From contig CAXXDN010000001.1 of NCBI GenBank assembly GCA_963667465.2, forward strand, positions 512,001-576,000: a stretch of DNA of 64,000 bases, written 5' to 3'. Positions 1-10,070 of this stretch are shown here, piece by piece (the stretch's first letter is position 1; every line of letters starts with the position of its first letter). Source of the stretch: Dehalococcoidia bacterium. Its GTDB lineage: Bacteria > Chloroflexota > Dehalococcoidia > UBA2979. The position numbers were made by a program, and so were the translations under genes. Under the pieces are notes generated by a model. The model saw only the letters and a program-made list of their open reading frames with translations. It was not told where the DNA came from and ran no database searches.

Positions 1-1
1 G

Positions 2-580
2 AAGGCGCGCCGCTACGGCGCTCCGATCTTCGCCAACGCCGCCGTGGTGCGGATGCGCCGCACGAATCCGCCCGGCCCGCGCCCGCTGCGCCGCCGCAAG
101 GTCTCCGACCGCGGCCTGCAGCTGAACGAAAAGCAGAAGGTGCGCTACGCCTACGGCCTGATGGAAAAGCAGTTCCGCCGCTACTACGAGCGTGCGGTCC
201 GGCACCCCGGCGTCACCGGCGACCAGTTGATGATCTCGCTGGAGCGCCGCCTCGATAACGTGGTCTACCGCCTCGGCCTTGCGGGTACGCGCGCCCAGGC
301 GCGCCAGTTGGTGACGCACGGCCTGATCTCCGTCAACGACAAGAAGCTCGACATCCCCAGCGCCGAGACTTCGGTCGGCGCGCTGATCGGCTTCAGCGCT
401 CGCGGCAAGCGCTCGAAGTACCTCGACGTCCTGCGCGAGGAGATCCAGGCGCGCGAGGTGCCCGGCTGGCTCGAGGTCGACCGCGAACAACTCTCCGGCC
501 GTGTCGTCGCGCTCCCCGGGGCCGGCGATTACGAGCCCCATTTCAACCCGAGCGCGATCGTTGAGTACTACTCACGCTGA
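2..580 (+). CDS. rpsD: 30S ribosomal protein S4 (5' end outside window)
   Basis: Frame is open from nt 2 (KARRYGAPIF...). Contains QLNEKQKVRYAYG, LERRLDNVVYRLG and C-terminal IVEYYSR. Directly upstream of rpoA. Confidence 0.97.
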   Translation, partial: KARRYGAPIFANAAVVRMRRTNPPGPRPLRRRKVSDRGLQLNEKQKVRYAYGLMEKQFRRYYERAVRHPGVTGDQLMISLERRLDNVVYRLGLAGTRAQARQLVTHGLISVNDKKLDIPSAETSVGALIGFSARGKRSKYLDVLREEIQAREVPGWLEVDREQLSGRVVALPGAGDYEPHFNPSAIVEYYSR

Positions 581-630
581 GCAAGTGACAGGCAGCCCGC
601 TCCACTGGCGAGCACGCAGCGAGGTGACTT

Positions 631-1755
631 TTGGCGGCTGAATTGCAAGACCCGACCCTCCGCATCGAAGAGTCGGAGATGGACTACGCGAAGCTGGTGA
701 TGGAGCCGCTGGAGGCGGGCTTCGGCACCACGATCGGCAACGCCCTGCGGCGCGTGCTGCTCTCCTCGCTGCCCGGCGCAGCGATCACCTCCGTCCGCAT
801 CGACGGCGTCGAGCATGAGTTCTCGACCGTCCCGCACATGCAGGAGGACGTGACGGAGCTGCTGCTCAACCTCAAGGACGTGCGGCTGCGCGCCTTCGCC
901 GACCGGCCCGCGCGGCTGTCGCTGGACGTCGCCGGCGAGACGGCGATCACGGCGGGCGACATCCGCGCCACCGCGGACTACGAGGTCGCCAACCCCGATC
1001 ACCACCTCGCGACGCTCGGACACGAAGAGGCGTCCCTCGTGATCGACCTCAACGTCGAGACCGGCCGCGGCTACATGCCGGCGACAGTCAGCGAGGGCCT
1101 GCCGATCGGCGTGATCCCGGTCGATGCGCTGTTCACCCCCGTGAAGCGGGTCAACTACAACGTCTCGCACACGCGCGTGGGCCAGGACACGAACTTCGAC
1201 CGCCTGGAGCTGGAGGTCTGGACGGACGCCACCATCGACGGCCAGACCGCGATCGCGATGGCAGCCGGCATCCTGCGCGAACAGTTGGTGGAGTTGCAGC
1301 AACTCGGCCGCGCCGAGGTGGCCACGGAGCGAGCGAGCGACGCCGCACAAACTGTCGACGGCCACGACACCCCGATCGAGACGCTCGAGCTGTCCGTGCG
1401 CGCCTACAACTGCCTCAAGCGCTCCGGCCTCGTGACGATCGGCGCGATCCTCGAGCGCTCCGAGGAGGAGTTGCTCGCACTGCGCAACTTCGGCGAGAAA
1501 TCGTACGAGGAGCTGCGCGACAAGCTGGTCGCGAACGGCTTCCCCGCGCCGCGCGGCGAGGCGCCGCGCTCGCGTCAGCCGGTCGCCGTGGCCGGGCCGG
1601 CCGCCGCGAGCGGGGCCGAGGACGCCGAGCCGGCGTCCGCGGCCGCTGCTCCGGACGAGGATAGCGGCGAGGAAGTCGGATCGCTCGGCGCGGCGCTGAT
1701 CCAGGCGCTGCGGGAGGCCGGCGAGGACGCGCCGGATCTGAGTGAGCGAAGCTGA
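631..1755 (+). CDS. rpoA: RNA polymerase alpha subunit
   Basis: [27 protein letters not shown] and alpha-[19 protein letters not shown]...NFGEKS; long low-complexity C-terminal tail. Confidence 0.98.
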   Translation: MAAELQDPTLRIEESEMDYAKLVMEPLEAGFGTTIGNALRRVLLSSLPGAAITSVRIDGVEHEFSTVPHMQEDVTELLLNLKDVRLRAFADRPARLSLDVAGETAITAGDIRATADYEVANPDHHLATLGHEEASLVIDLNVETGRGYMPATVSEGLPIGVIPVDALFTPVKRVNYNVSHTRVGQDTNFDRLELEVWTDATIDGQTAIAMAAGILREQLVELQQLGRAEVATERASDAAQTVDGHDTPIETLELSVRAYNCLKRSGLVTIGAILERSEEELLALRNFGEKSYEELRDKLVANGFPAPRGEAPRSRQPVAVAGPAAASGAEDAEPASAAAAPDEDSGEEVGSLGAALIQALREAGEDAPDLSERS

Positions 1756-2105
1756 TGCGTCACAAAGTCGATGGCCGCAAGTTCGATATGCCGACCGCGC
1801 AGCGGATGGCGATGCTGCGCAACCTCACCACCGACGTGCTCAGGCACGGCTCGGTGACCACCACCGAGGCGCGCGCCAAGGAGGCGCGCCGCTTCGTGGA
1901 CCGCATGATCACGCTCGGCAAGCGCGGGACGCTGCACGCGCGCCGGCAGGCGCTCGCCTTCGTCTACGACCCGAAGGTGGTCACGCGCCTCTTCGATGAG
2001 ATCGCGCCGCAGTACGCAAGCCGCCCCGGCGGCTACACGCGCGTGCGCAAGCTGGGGCCCCGCCGCGGAGACGCGGCGCGGATGGCGGAACTGGAACTGG
2101 TCTAG
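1755..2105 (+). CDS. rplQ: 50S ribosomal protein L17
   Basis: MRH start, [17 protein letters not shown]...RRGDAA; overlaps the rpoA stop. Confidence 0.98.
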   Translation: MRHKVDGRKFDMPTAQRMAMLRNLTTDVLRHGSVTTTEARAKEARRFVDRMITLGKRGTLHARRQALAFVYDPKVVTRLFDEIAPQYASRPGGYTRVRKLGPRRGDAARMAELELV

Positions 2106-2110
2106 GCGTC

Positions 2111-2935
2111 ATGTCCTCCCCGAACGCGCCCCGACACCTCGCACTGCTCGTCGAGTACGACGGGACGGAGTTCTCCGGCTCGCAGTCGCAGCGCGGCCGG
2201 CGCACGGTGCAGGACACGCTGGAGGACGCGATCGCTGACTACTGCGGCGAGCCCGAGGGCGGCCGCCGCCGCATCAGCCTTGCCGGCCGCACCGACGCGG
2301 GCGTGCACGCTCGCGCGCAGGTCGCCGTGATCGACTGCCCGCGCCCGGACGCCCTCGAGACGGTGCGCGACGCCCTGAATCACTATCTCCCGGCGGACCT
2401 GGCCGTACGCGCGGCCTGCGAGGCGCCCGCGGACTTCGATCCGCGACGTGACGCCGTCGCGCGCCGCTACTGCTACCGCATCCGCGACGGCGGCACGCGC
2501 TCACCGCTGCACCGCCGCGACGTCTGGCAACGCCCGCACCCCCTCGACGCCTCGGCGATGGCCGCTGCCGCGGCCGCGCTGCCGCGCGGTCGGCGCGACT
2601 GGGCCGCCTTCGCCGGCGCGCCCAGCGGGGGCGGCTCCACCGTTCGCACACTGACCAGCATGGCCGTGCGTCGGCGCGGCGTGCATGAGATCGAGATCTC
2701 GATGGAGGCCGACGCCTTCCTGCCGCACCAGGTGCGGCGCACCGTCGGCGCCCTCGAGCGCGTCGGCGCGGGCGCGACTTCGCCGCGCGAGTTCGCCGCG
2801 CTTATCGACGCGCCGGCGAGCAGCGTCGGCCCGGCGGCGCCGCCGCAGGGACTGACGCTCGAGGCGGTCCGCTACCCCGCGGGCGCCGTCGACTGGGGGC
2901 TGGACGGCGAAGCCGAGCAGGGATTGGTGGCCTGA
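2111..2935 (+). CDS. truA: tRNA pseudouridine(38-40) synthase
   Basis: EYDGTEFSG, AGRTDAGVHA, DAFLPHQVRRTVG, APPQGLTL. Confidence 0.95.
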   Translation: MSSPNAPRHLALLVEYDGTEFSGSQSQRGRRTVQDTLEDAIADYCGEPEGGRRRISLAGRTDAGVHARAQVAVIDCPRPDALETVRDALNHYLPADLAVRAACEAPADFDPRRDAVARRYCYRIRDGGTRSPLHRRDVWQRPHPLDASAMAAAAAALPRGRRDWAAFAGAPSGGGSTVRTLTSMAVRRRGVHEIEISMEADAFLPHQVRRTVGALERVGAGATSPREFAALIDAPASSVGPAAPPQGLTLEAVRYPAGAVDWGLDGEAEQGLVA

Positions 2936-2936
2936 G

Positions 2937-3572
2937 GTGACGACGAAGACCTACCGGCTGAGCGCCAAGCAGTTCGATCGCCGCTGGCAGGTGGTGGACG
3001 CGGGCGGGCGGCCCCTCGGGCGCGTCGCCAGCGAGGCCGCCCGGCTGCTGCTCGGCAAGCACAAGCCGGACTACGAGCCGCACCTCCCGATGGGCGATTA
3101 CGTGATCGTGATCAACGCCGCCGAGGTGGCGCTGACTGGCAACAAGGCGCAGCAGAAGATCTACTACCGGCACTCCGGCTACCCGGGCAACCTGCGCCAG
3201 CGCACCTTCGAGGAGCAGATGGAGCGCGACCCGCGCAAGGTGTTGGAGCGCGCGATCCGCGGGATGCTGCCGCACACGCGTCTCGGCCGTGAGCTGTTCC
3301 GGCACCTCCGCGTCTATTCCGGCGCGGACCATCCGCACGAGGCACAGCTGCGCGCCGGTACGGGCGCGCGCGCCCGCCGCCGGGCCGCCGCCGAGGCCCG
3401 CGCCACCGAGGCGGCCCTGGCCGAGCCGCCGCCGGAGGAGCTGGTCGAGGACGAGGTCGCGGCGGACGAGCCCACAGTGGACGAGACTGCCGCTGACGAG
3501 GCCCCCGCTGCCGAAGAGACTGACGCGGCCGCCGCCGAGGCGACCGAAGACGCCGATGCGAACAACGAGTAG
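2937..3572 (+). CDS. rplM: 50S ribosomal protein L13 with acidic C-terminal extension
   Basis: WQVVDAGG..LGRVA, GKHKP, GDYVIVINA, YYRHSGYPG, HPHEAQ. Confidence 0.97.
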   Translation: MTTKTYRLSAKQFDRRWQVVDAGGRPLGRVASEAARLLLGKHKPDYEPHLPMGDYVIVINAAEVALTGNKAQQKIYYRHSGYPGNLRQRTFEEQMERDPRKVLERAIRGMLPHTRLGRELFRHLRVYSGADHPHEAQLRAGTGARARRRAAAEARATEAALAEPPPEELVEDEVAADEPTVDETAADEAPAAEETDAAAAEATEDADANNE

Positions 3573-3596
3573 GGACGCGAGGGGCAAGCCGTAACG

Positions 3597-3998
3597 ATGA
3601 CGAACGAGCAGCAGCACTACTACTACGGCCTCGGTCGCCGCAAGTCGGCGGTCGCCCGCGTCCGGCTCACACCCGGCAACGGCGCGATCGTCGTCAACGG
3701 CAAGCCGCTGGAGGAGGTGGTCTTCCGCGCCTCGATGCGCCAGGACCTGCTGCGCCCGCTCTCCGTCACCGAGAACGCGAACCGCTTCAACGTGCAGGTC
3801 AAGGTCAGCGGTGGCGGCATCTCCGGCTGGACCGGCGCGATGCGCCTTGGCATCGCGCGCGCCCTCGTGGCCGCCGACGAGGGCTACCGCCGCCCGCTGC
3901 GCCAGCAGGGCCTGCTGACGCGTGACGCGCGCGAGAAGGAGCGCCAGAAGCCCGGCCTCAAGCGCGCCCGCAAGGCCCCGCAGTACACCAAGCGTTAG
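3597..3998 (+). CDS. rpsI: 30S ribosomal protein S9
   Basis: YGLGRRKSAVARV, GGGISG, LLTRDAR..ER.KPGL..ARKAPQYTKR. Confidence 0.98.
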   Translation: MTNEQQHYYYGLGRRKSAVARVRLTPGNGAIVVNGKPLEEVVFRASMRQDLLRPLSVTENANRFNVQVKVSGGGISGWTGAMRLGIARALVAADEGYRRPLRQQGLLTRDAREKERQKPGLKRARKAPQYTKR

Positions 3999-4087
3999 TC
4001 TCCGCGAGTCTCGGTTCCTCAGCTCATTGAGCCTGCCCATCGGGCGAGCTTTGTGTAGCTGACACGGGTGTTTCGGCTCCGGAGTCC

Positions 4088-4315
4088 CCCTGACTCTCGC
4101 CCTCTTCCGCGAGGGGAGAGGGGATCGGAGGGCTGCCCTCGAGGCGCTCGTTGCCCCTCGGGCCTTCGGCGTGCGCCTCCCTGACTCTCGCCCTCTTCCG
4201 CGAGGGGAGAGGGGATCGGAGGGCTGCCCTCGAGGCGCTCGTTGCCCCTCGGGCCTTCGGCGTGCGCCTCCCTGACTCTCGCCCTCTTCCGCGAGGGGAG
4301 AGGGGATCGGAGGGC
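4088..4315. repeat. About 2.5 tandem copies of a 91-bp unit containing a REP-like palindrome (CCCTCTTCCGCGAGGGGAGAGGG)
   Basis: TGACTCTCGCCCTCTTCC recurs at 4091, 4182 and 4273 (exact 91-nt period); lies between the convergent rpsI and xdhC-like genes. Confidence 0.9.
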
Positions 4316-4469
4316 GTTCGTGCGGGGGCGTGGGGCGTAGCCCCACAAAGGAAAATCCGAGGGCGGGTGGGTGGGCCCAGCGGCGCGTAGCGCCCGCTCT
4401 CCCGGATGGGGGTGTGGGGGCGTAGCCCCCTCAGCAGAGAGGCACTCGCCCTCGAACGGGGGGCGCGCG

Positions 4470-5519
4470 CTACGCGCCGCGTGGATCGCGGCCGTAGCGG
4501 ACGGCGAGCATCTCCGCGAGGATCGAGACGGCGATCTCCGCAGGCTCGCGGCCACCGATGTCGAGGCCGATCGGCGCGCGCAGCCTCGAAAGCGCCGCGT
4601 CGTCACAACCCTGCTCGCGCAGCTGTTCGAGGCGCCGCTCGTGCGTGCGGCGGCTGCCCATCACGCCGATGTAGCCGGCCTCCGAGCGCAACGCCGGGAC
4701 CAGCGCCGGCACGTCGAACTTCTCGTCGTGCAGCAGCATCACGATGTAGGCGTGCGGCCCCAGCTCGGCCGCCTCGATCGCCTCGTTGGGCCAGCCGACG
4801 ATCACCTCGTCGGCGCTCGGGAAGCGCTCGCGCGTCGCGAAGGCGGAGCGCGGGTCGACGACCGTGACGTGGAAGCCCGCCTCGCTCGCCATCCGGGCGA
4901 GGGGCGGTGCGGCGAAGGCGGCGCCGAGCAGGAAGAGGTGCGGCGACGGACGAAACGCCTCGAGGAAGACGCCGCGCTCCGTGCCCGGCTCGCCGAGCGC
5001 GAGCCGCCGCGTGCCGCCCTCGATCAGCAGGTCGCGAGCTCGCTCGGCGATCGCGCCGTCGAGGTCCGCGCCGACGCTGCCGGTCGCTGCGCCGTCCTCG
5101 AAGACGACCATGCGCCGTCCCGCGATCGAGGCTGGTTCGAGGCCGACCGCGAGCACGGCGGAGCGCTGGCCGAGCAGCGCCTCGCGCAGTGTCTGCCAGA
5201 CGGCGTCGGGCCGGAACGGCTCGACGAGCACCTCGATCTCCCCGCCGCAGCTGAGGCCGGCCTCGAAGGCAAGCTCATCGGAGATTCCGTACTGCACGAC
5301 CGCGGGCCGGTCGCCGTCCAGTACCTGCATGGCGTGCTCGAAAAGGTCGGCCTCGATGCAGCCGCCGCTGACGGAGCCGCTGACCTCGCCCGATCGCGTC
5401 GCGCAGAAACGGGCGCCTGGGAGCCGCGGCGCGGAGCCGCGCACCTCGGTGAGTGTCGCGATGGCGACCTGCTCGGACTGGCGTTGCCAGCGGTCCAGAT
5501 CGTCCAGCACGTCCCGCAT
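4470..5519 (-). CDS. XdhC/CoxI-family molybdoenzyme maturation factor
   Basis: Start reassigned to MRDVLDD (5519). GSAPRLPGA, GSVSGGCIE, GLSCGG, GYIGVMGSRR, APIGLDIG..PAEIAVSILAE. Confidence 0.9.
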   Translation of the reverse strand: MRDVLDDLDRWQRQSEQVAIATLTEVRGSAPRLPGARFCATRSGEVSGSVSGGCIEADLFEHAMQVLDGDRPAVVQYGISDELAFEAGLSCGGEIEVLVEPFRPDAVWQTLREALLGQRSAVLAVGLEPASIAGRRMVVFEDGAATGSVGADLDGAIAERARDLLIEGGTRRLALGEPGTERGVFLEAFRPSPHLFLLGAAFAAPPLARMASEAGFHVTVVDPRSAFATRERFPSADEVIVGWPNEAIEAAELGPHAYIVMLLHDEKFDVPALVPALRSEAGYIGVMGSRRTHERRLEQLREQGCDDAALSRLRAPIGLDIGGREPAEIAVSILAEMLAVRYGRDPRGA

Positions 5520-5544
5520 GAGGTCGCTCCGGCGCGCGGCGGCG

Positions 5545-6159
5545 TCAGCGCCGCGCGGCCTGCGGCCCGGAGTCGGCGCGCACCGCCTGGTAGTCCTGCC
5601 AGGTGTCGACGTCCCTCGGGAGCGGCCGGTCCACCTCGACGTCGTGGATCCAGTCCCGGTGGCGGTCGAGGATCTTCCAGGCGGCCTTGTCGCCGTGCAA
5701 CTCGTGCAGGAGGTCGAACAGCTTGCGTGAGAAGAGCAGCGGGTGGCCTCGTTCGCCCTGGTAGGAGACGGCCATGATCCGCGCATCCGTCCGCCGCCAC
5801 TCGGCCACGAGGCGGTCGATGTCCGCCGTCTCCACGCCGGGCTGGTCGCCGAGCGTCACGACCACCGCTGCGGCCTTCGGATGCAGCGCGGCGAGGCCCG
5901 TCTGGTACGAGGCCGAGCAGCCGTCTTCGTAGTCGGGGTTCTCCACGACCTGCGCTCGCCCGAGCGTGAGCTGCGGGCGCACCTCGGCCGAGGCGCCCCC
6001 GATCACGACGGTCACATGCTCGAGGCTCGAGGCGGCTGCGACGGTGCGCACGACCCAGTCGACGAGGATTGTGCCGCGGTAGGGCAGGAGCTGTTTCGGC
6101 TGGCCGAGGCGTCTGGAGCTGCCCGCCGCGAGGACGAGCCCGCAGACGGGCGCGCTCAT
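5545..6159 (-). CDS. MocA-like molybdenum cofactor cytidylyltransferase
   Basis: Start reassigned to MSAPVCGLVLAAGSSRRLGQPKQLL. LGDQP, GHP, GDKAA, DVDTWQDY; in the cox cluster. Confidence 0.88.
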   Translation of the reverse strand: MSAPVCGLVLAAGSSRRLGQPKQLLPYRGTILVDWVVRTVAAASSLEHVTVVIGGASAEVRPQLTLGRAQVVENPDYEDGCSASYQTGLAALHPKAAAVVVTLGDQPGVETADIDRLVAEWRRTDARIMAVSYQGERGHPLLFSRKLFDLLHELHGDKAAWKILDRHRDWIHDVEVDRPLPRDVDTWQDYQAVRADSGPQAARR

Positions 6160-7169
6160 CGCAGGGCCCCGGCGTAACGCTCCGGCTCCTGCTCGAAGCG
6201 CTGGCGGCAGCCGGCGGCGCAGAAGTAGACCGTGTGTCCCTCGTGCTCGCTGGTATGGCGGGCGGTCGCCACGTCGACCGTCATCCCGCAGATCGGGTCG
6301 AGCGCCTGCTCGCCGCCAGCTGCGGAGACCGGGGTGAGGATCAGCGGCTCGGGCGCCGAGGCGGCGGCATTGGGCTGCCTCGCGGGCTGCTCCCGTCGCA
6401 CCTGCAGGATCTCGGCGGCGATGCTCAGCGCGATCTCCGAGGGCGTCACCGCGCCGAGGCTCAGCCCGGCGGGGCAATACAGCCGCTCCAGCGCGTTCGC
6501 GCCGAAGCCGCTCCCCCGCAGGTAGTCGAGGACGGCCTCGGCGCGCTTCACGCTCGCGACGAGGCCCACGTAGGCCGCCTCGGAGCGCAGCACGGCGGCC
6601 AGCGCAGCCTCGTCGTACTGTCCCTGTGTGGCAACGACCACGTAGCTGTCGGCGTGCAGCCGCGCGGCGGCTGGGTCGAGGTCGGTGAGCAGCAGATCGG
6701 CGTCGGGGAACGCCTCGGCGGTTGCGCCGGGGTCGGAGACGGTGACGTCGAACTCGATCAGCTTGCCGGCGCTTGCGAGGGCCTGCGCGAGCGGGGTCTC
6801 ACCGATCACGACGAGTTCGGGGCGGGGCAGGAACGGCTCCACGTAGATCTCCAGTGCGCCCTGGCTCTGGCAGGGCATCGCCAGCTCGATCACGCCCTCC
6901 CCGGGCTCGCCGAGACCGGGGTCGGGGCTGATGCGCAGCAGGCGCGGCTTGCCGTCCTCGAGAGCCGCGAGCGCCTCGCGCAGCACCAGCGGCTGGGCGC
7001 AGCTGCCGCCGACCCAGCCGCTGAACGCGCCCTCGGCGTCGATCAGCGCCTTCGCGCCGGGGTAGGCCGAGGTCGGGCGGCGGCAGGCGACGACGGTCGC
7101 GAGGGCGAACGGCTCGCGCCGCTCGCGCAGCGCGACCGCCAGGCCGAGCGGGTCATCCGATGCCGACAT
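6156..7169 (-). CDS. XdhC/CoxF-family protein with C-terminal YHS domain
   Basis: GWVGGSCA, YVGLVAS, PAGL.LGA.TP.EIALSI, followed by DPICGMTV...YFCAAGCRQRF. Confidence 0.88.
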   Translation of the reverse strand: MSASDDPLGLAVALRERREPFALATVVACRRPTSAYPGAKALIDAEGAFSGWVGGSCAQPLVLREALAALEDGKPRLLRISPDPGLGEPGEGVIELAMPCQSQGALEIYVEPFLPRPELVVIGETPLAQALASAGKLIEFDVTVSDPGATAEAFPDADLLLTDLDPAAARLHADSYVVVATQGQYDEAALAAVLRSEAAYVGLVASVKRAEAVLDYLRGSGFGANALERLYCPAGLSLGAVTPSEIALSIAAEILQVRREQPARQPNAAASAPEPLILTPVSAAGGEQALDPICGMTVDVATARHTSEHEGHTVYFCAAGCRQRFEQEPERYAGALR

Positions 7170-7218
7170 GGCCGTCTCCGTAGGCGCGGCCGGCCGCCCG
7201 GCGGGCGGGCGCGCCTGG

Positions 7219-9591
7219 CTACTCCGTGATCCCGTGCTCGCGCAGGATCGACCACACCTTGTCCGGCGTTATCGGGATGTCGATGTGGCGCACGCCCAGG
7301 TGCGAGAGTGCGTCGACCACGGCGTTGGCGATCGCCGGTGGCGCGCCGACGGTGGCCGACTCGCCGATGCCTTTCGCGCCCAGCGGGTGGTGCGGCGAGG
7401 GCGTCGTGGTGTTTGCCGTCTCCCACTTCGGGGTCTCGACTGCCGTCGGCACGAGGTAGTCGACGAACGACGCGCTGAGCGGGTTGCCGCTCTCGTCGTA
7501 CGCCAGCTCCTCGTAGAGCGCCGGCGCGAGGCCCATCGTCAGTCCGCCGTGGACCTGACCCTCGACGATCATCGGGTTGATGATGTTGCCGCAGTCGTCC
7601 ACCGCGACGAAGCGGCGCACGTGCACCTCGCCCGTTCCCTTGTCGATGTCCACCACGCAGATGTAGCTGCCGAAGGGGAACGTCAGGTTGGGCGGGTCGT
7701 AGTAGGAGACGGCCTCGAGGCCGGCCTCCATCCCCTGCGGGTGGTTCGTGTAGGCGGCGAGGGCGATCTCCTGGATGGTGACGCCTTTCTCGGGGTCGCT
7801 CCGCACGAAGAAGCGGCCGGGCTCCCACTCGAGGTCGTCCTCGGTCACTTCCTCCGCCTCCAGCAGGTGCGCCGCGATCGCGCGCGCCTTGGCGCGCACC
7901 TTGCCCGCCGCGATGGCGCCAGCCGCGCCGGCGGTCGGCGTGCTGCGGCTGGCGTACGTCCCGAGGCCGTACGGGGCCGTGTCGGTGTCGCCCTCCTCGA
8001 CGGCGATGTCGCTGGCGGGGATGCCGAGCTCCTCGGCGATGATCTGGGCGTAGGTCGTCTCGTGACCCTGCCCCTGCGACTTTGTGCCGAAGCGGGCGAT
8101 CGCCTTGCCGGTCGGGTGTACGCGCAACTCGCAGCTATCGAACATCTTCAGCCCGAGGATGTCGAAGTGCTTCGAGGGCCCCGCGCCCACGATCTCGGTG
8201 AAGCTGGAGATGCCGATGCCCATCAGCTCGCCGCGCGCGCGCTTCTCGGCCTGCTCGCGGCGCAGCTCGTCGTAGCCGATCGTCTCCATCGCGAGGTTGA
8301 GCGCGCCCTCGTAGTCGCCGCTGTCGTACTCCCAGTCGAAGACCGACTGGTAAGGGAACGCGTCCGCCGGGATGAAGTTCTTCTTGCGCACGTCGGCCGG
8401 ATCCAGCTGCAGTTCCGTCGCAAGCACGTCGACGAGCCGCTCGATGGCGTGGACGGCCTCGGTGACGCGGAACGAGCAGCGGTAGGCGATGCCTCCCGGC
8501 GGCTTGTTCGTGTAGACGCCGTCCACCTCGGCGAAGGCGTCCTTGAAGTCGTACGAGCCCGTGCAGATCGAGAACAGCCCCGCCGGGAACTGCGAGGGGT
8601 TCGCGGCCGCGTCGGTGTAGCCGTGGTCGGCGAGCGTCTTGATGCGCAGCGCCTTCATCGTGCCGTCGCTGTCGGCGGCGATCTCGGCGGCCATGTGGTA
8701 GTCGCGGGCGAACGAGTCCGCCTGCAGGTTCTCGATGCGGTCCTCGATCCACTTCACGGGGTGCCCCGTGACGACCGCGGCGGCGACCGCGATCACGTAG
8801 CCGGGGTAGACCGGCACCTTGCCGCCGAAGCCTCCGCCGATGTCCGGCGAGATGATCCGGATCTTCTCCTCGGACAGCCCGACGTGCCCCGCGACCAGCG
8901 CGAAGACGGTGCGGATCGCGTGCGGCGCCTGCGTCGTCATCCAGACCGTCAGTTGCCCCGATACCGAGTCGAACTCGGCGACGCATCCGCAGGTCTCGAT
9001 CGAGGCGACGTGGATGCGTGGCAGGTAGATGTCCTGCTGCACGGTCACGTCGGCATCCTCGAAGGCGCGGTCCGTCGCGGCCTTATCGCCGACCTCCCAG
9101 TGGAAGATGTGGTTGTCGGTCTTGCCTTCCTTGTCGTCGCGCAGCACGGGCGCGTCGGGCTCGAGCGCCTTGAACGGGTCCATCACCACGGGCAGCGGCT
9201 CGTATTCGACCTCGACGGCCTCGACGCCGTCGGCGGCCGCGTAGCGGCTGGTCGCCACGACGGCGGCGACTTCCTGGCCGGCGTACATCACCTTGTCGAC
9301 CGGGAGCACCATCTGGGTGTCCGACATCAGCGTCGGCATCCAGTGCAGGTTGTACGCCTCCAGCGTCTCGCCGGTGATCACCGCGAGCACGCCGTCCACT
9401 TCGAGGGCGGCGTCGCTGTTGATGTTCTTGATGCGGGCGTGCGCGTAGGGGCTGCGCACGATGTCCAGGTAGAGCATGTTCGGCCGCACGATGTCGTCGA
9501 CGTAGTTGCCGCGACCGCGGATGAAGCGCGCGTCCTCCTTGCGCTTGAGGCTATGGCCCATGCCTCCGATTTCGGGGCTTGTCGTGGTCAC
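7219..9591 (-). CDS. coxL: Aerobic carbon monoxide dehydrogenase large subunit, form I
   Basis: Form I active-site motif AYRCSFR, GGGFGGK, QGQGHETT, AKGIGES. Confidence 0.95.
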   Translation of the reverse strand: MTTTSPEIGGMGHSLKRKEDARFIRGRGNYVDDIVRPNMLYLDIVRSPYAHARIKNINSDAALEVDGVLAVITGETLEAYNLHWMPTLMSDTQMVLPVDKVMYAGQEVAAVVATSRYAAADGVEAVEVEYEPLPVVMDPFKALEPDAPVLRDDKEGKTDNHIFHWEVGDKAATDRAFEDADVTVQQDIYLPRIHVASIETCGCVAEFDSVSGQLTVWMTTQAPHAIRTVFALVAGHVGLSEEKIRIISPDIGGGFGGKVPVYPGYVIAVAAAVVTGHPVKWIEDRIENLQADSFARDYHMAAEIAADSDGTMKALRIKTLADHGYTDAAANPSQFPAGLFSICTGSYDFKDAFAEVDGVYTNKPPGGIAYRCSFRVTEAVHAIERLVDVLATELQLDPADVRKKNFIPADAFPYQSVFDWEYDSGDYEGALNLAMETIGYDELRREQAEKRARGELMGIGISSFTEIVGAGPSKHFDILGLKMFDSCELRVHPTGKAIARFGTKSQGQGHETTYAQIIAEELGIPASDIAVEEGDTDTAPYGLGTYASRSTPTAGAAGAIAAGKVRAKARAIAAHLLEAEEVTEDDLEWEPGRFFVRSDPEKGVTIQEIALAAYTNHPQGMEAGLEAVSYYDPPNLTFPFGSYICVVDIDKGTGEVHVRRFVAVDDCGNIINPMIVEGQVHGGLTMGLAPALYEELAYDESGNPLSASFVDYLVPTAVETPKWETANTTTPSPHHPLGAKGIGESATVGAPPAIANAVVDALSHLGVRHIDIPITPDKVWSILREHGITE

Positions 9592-9595
9592 TGGC

Positions 9596-10066
<471 letters not shown>

Positions 10067-10070
10067 CGGT

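Noticed and set aside
4088-4315. CRISPR array
   Set aside because: The sequences between the palindromic cores are identical rather than unique spacers, there are only about 2.5 units, and no cas genes are in the window.
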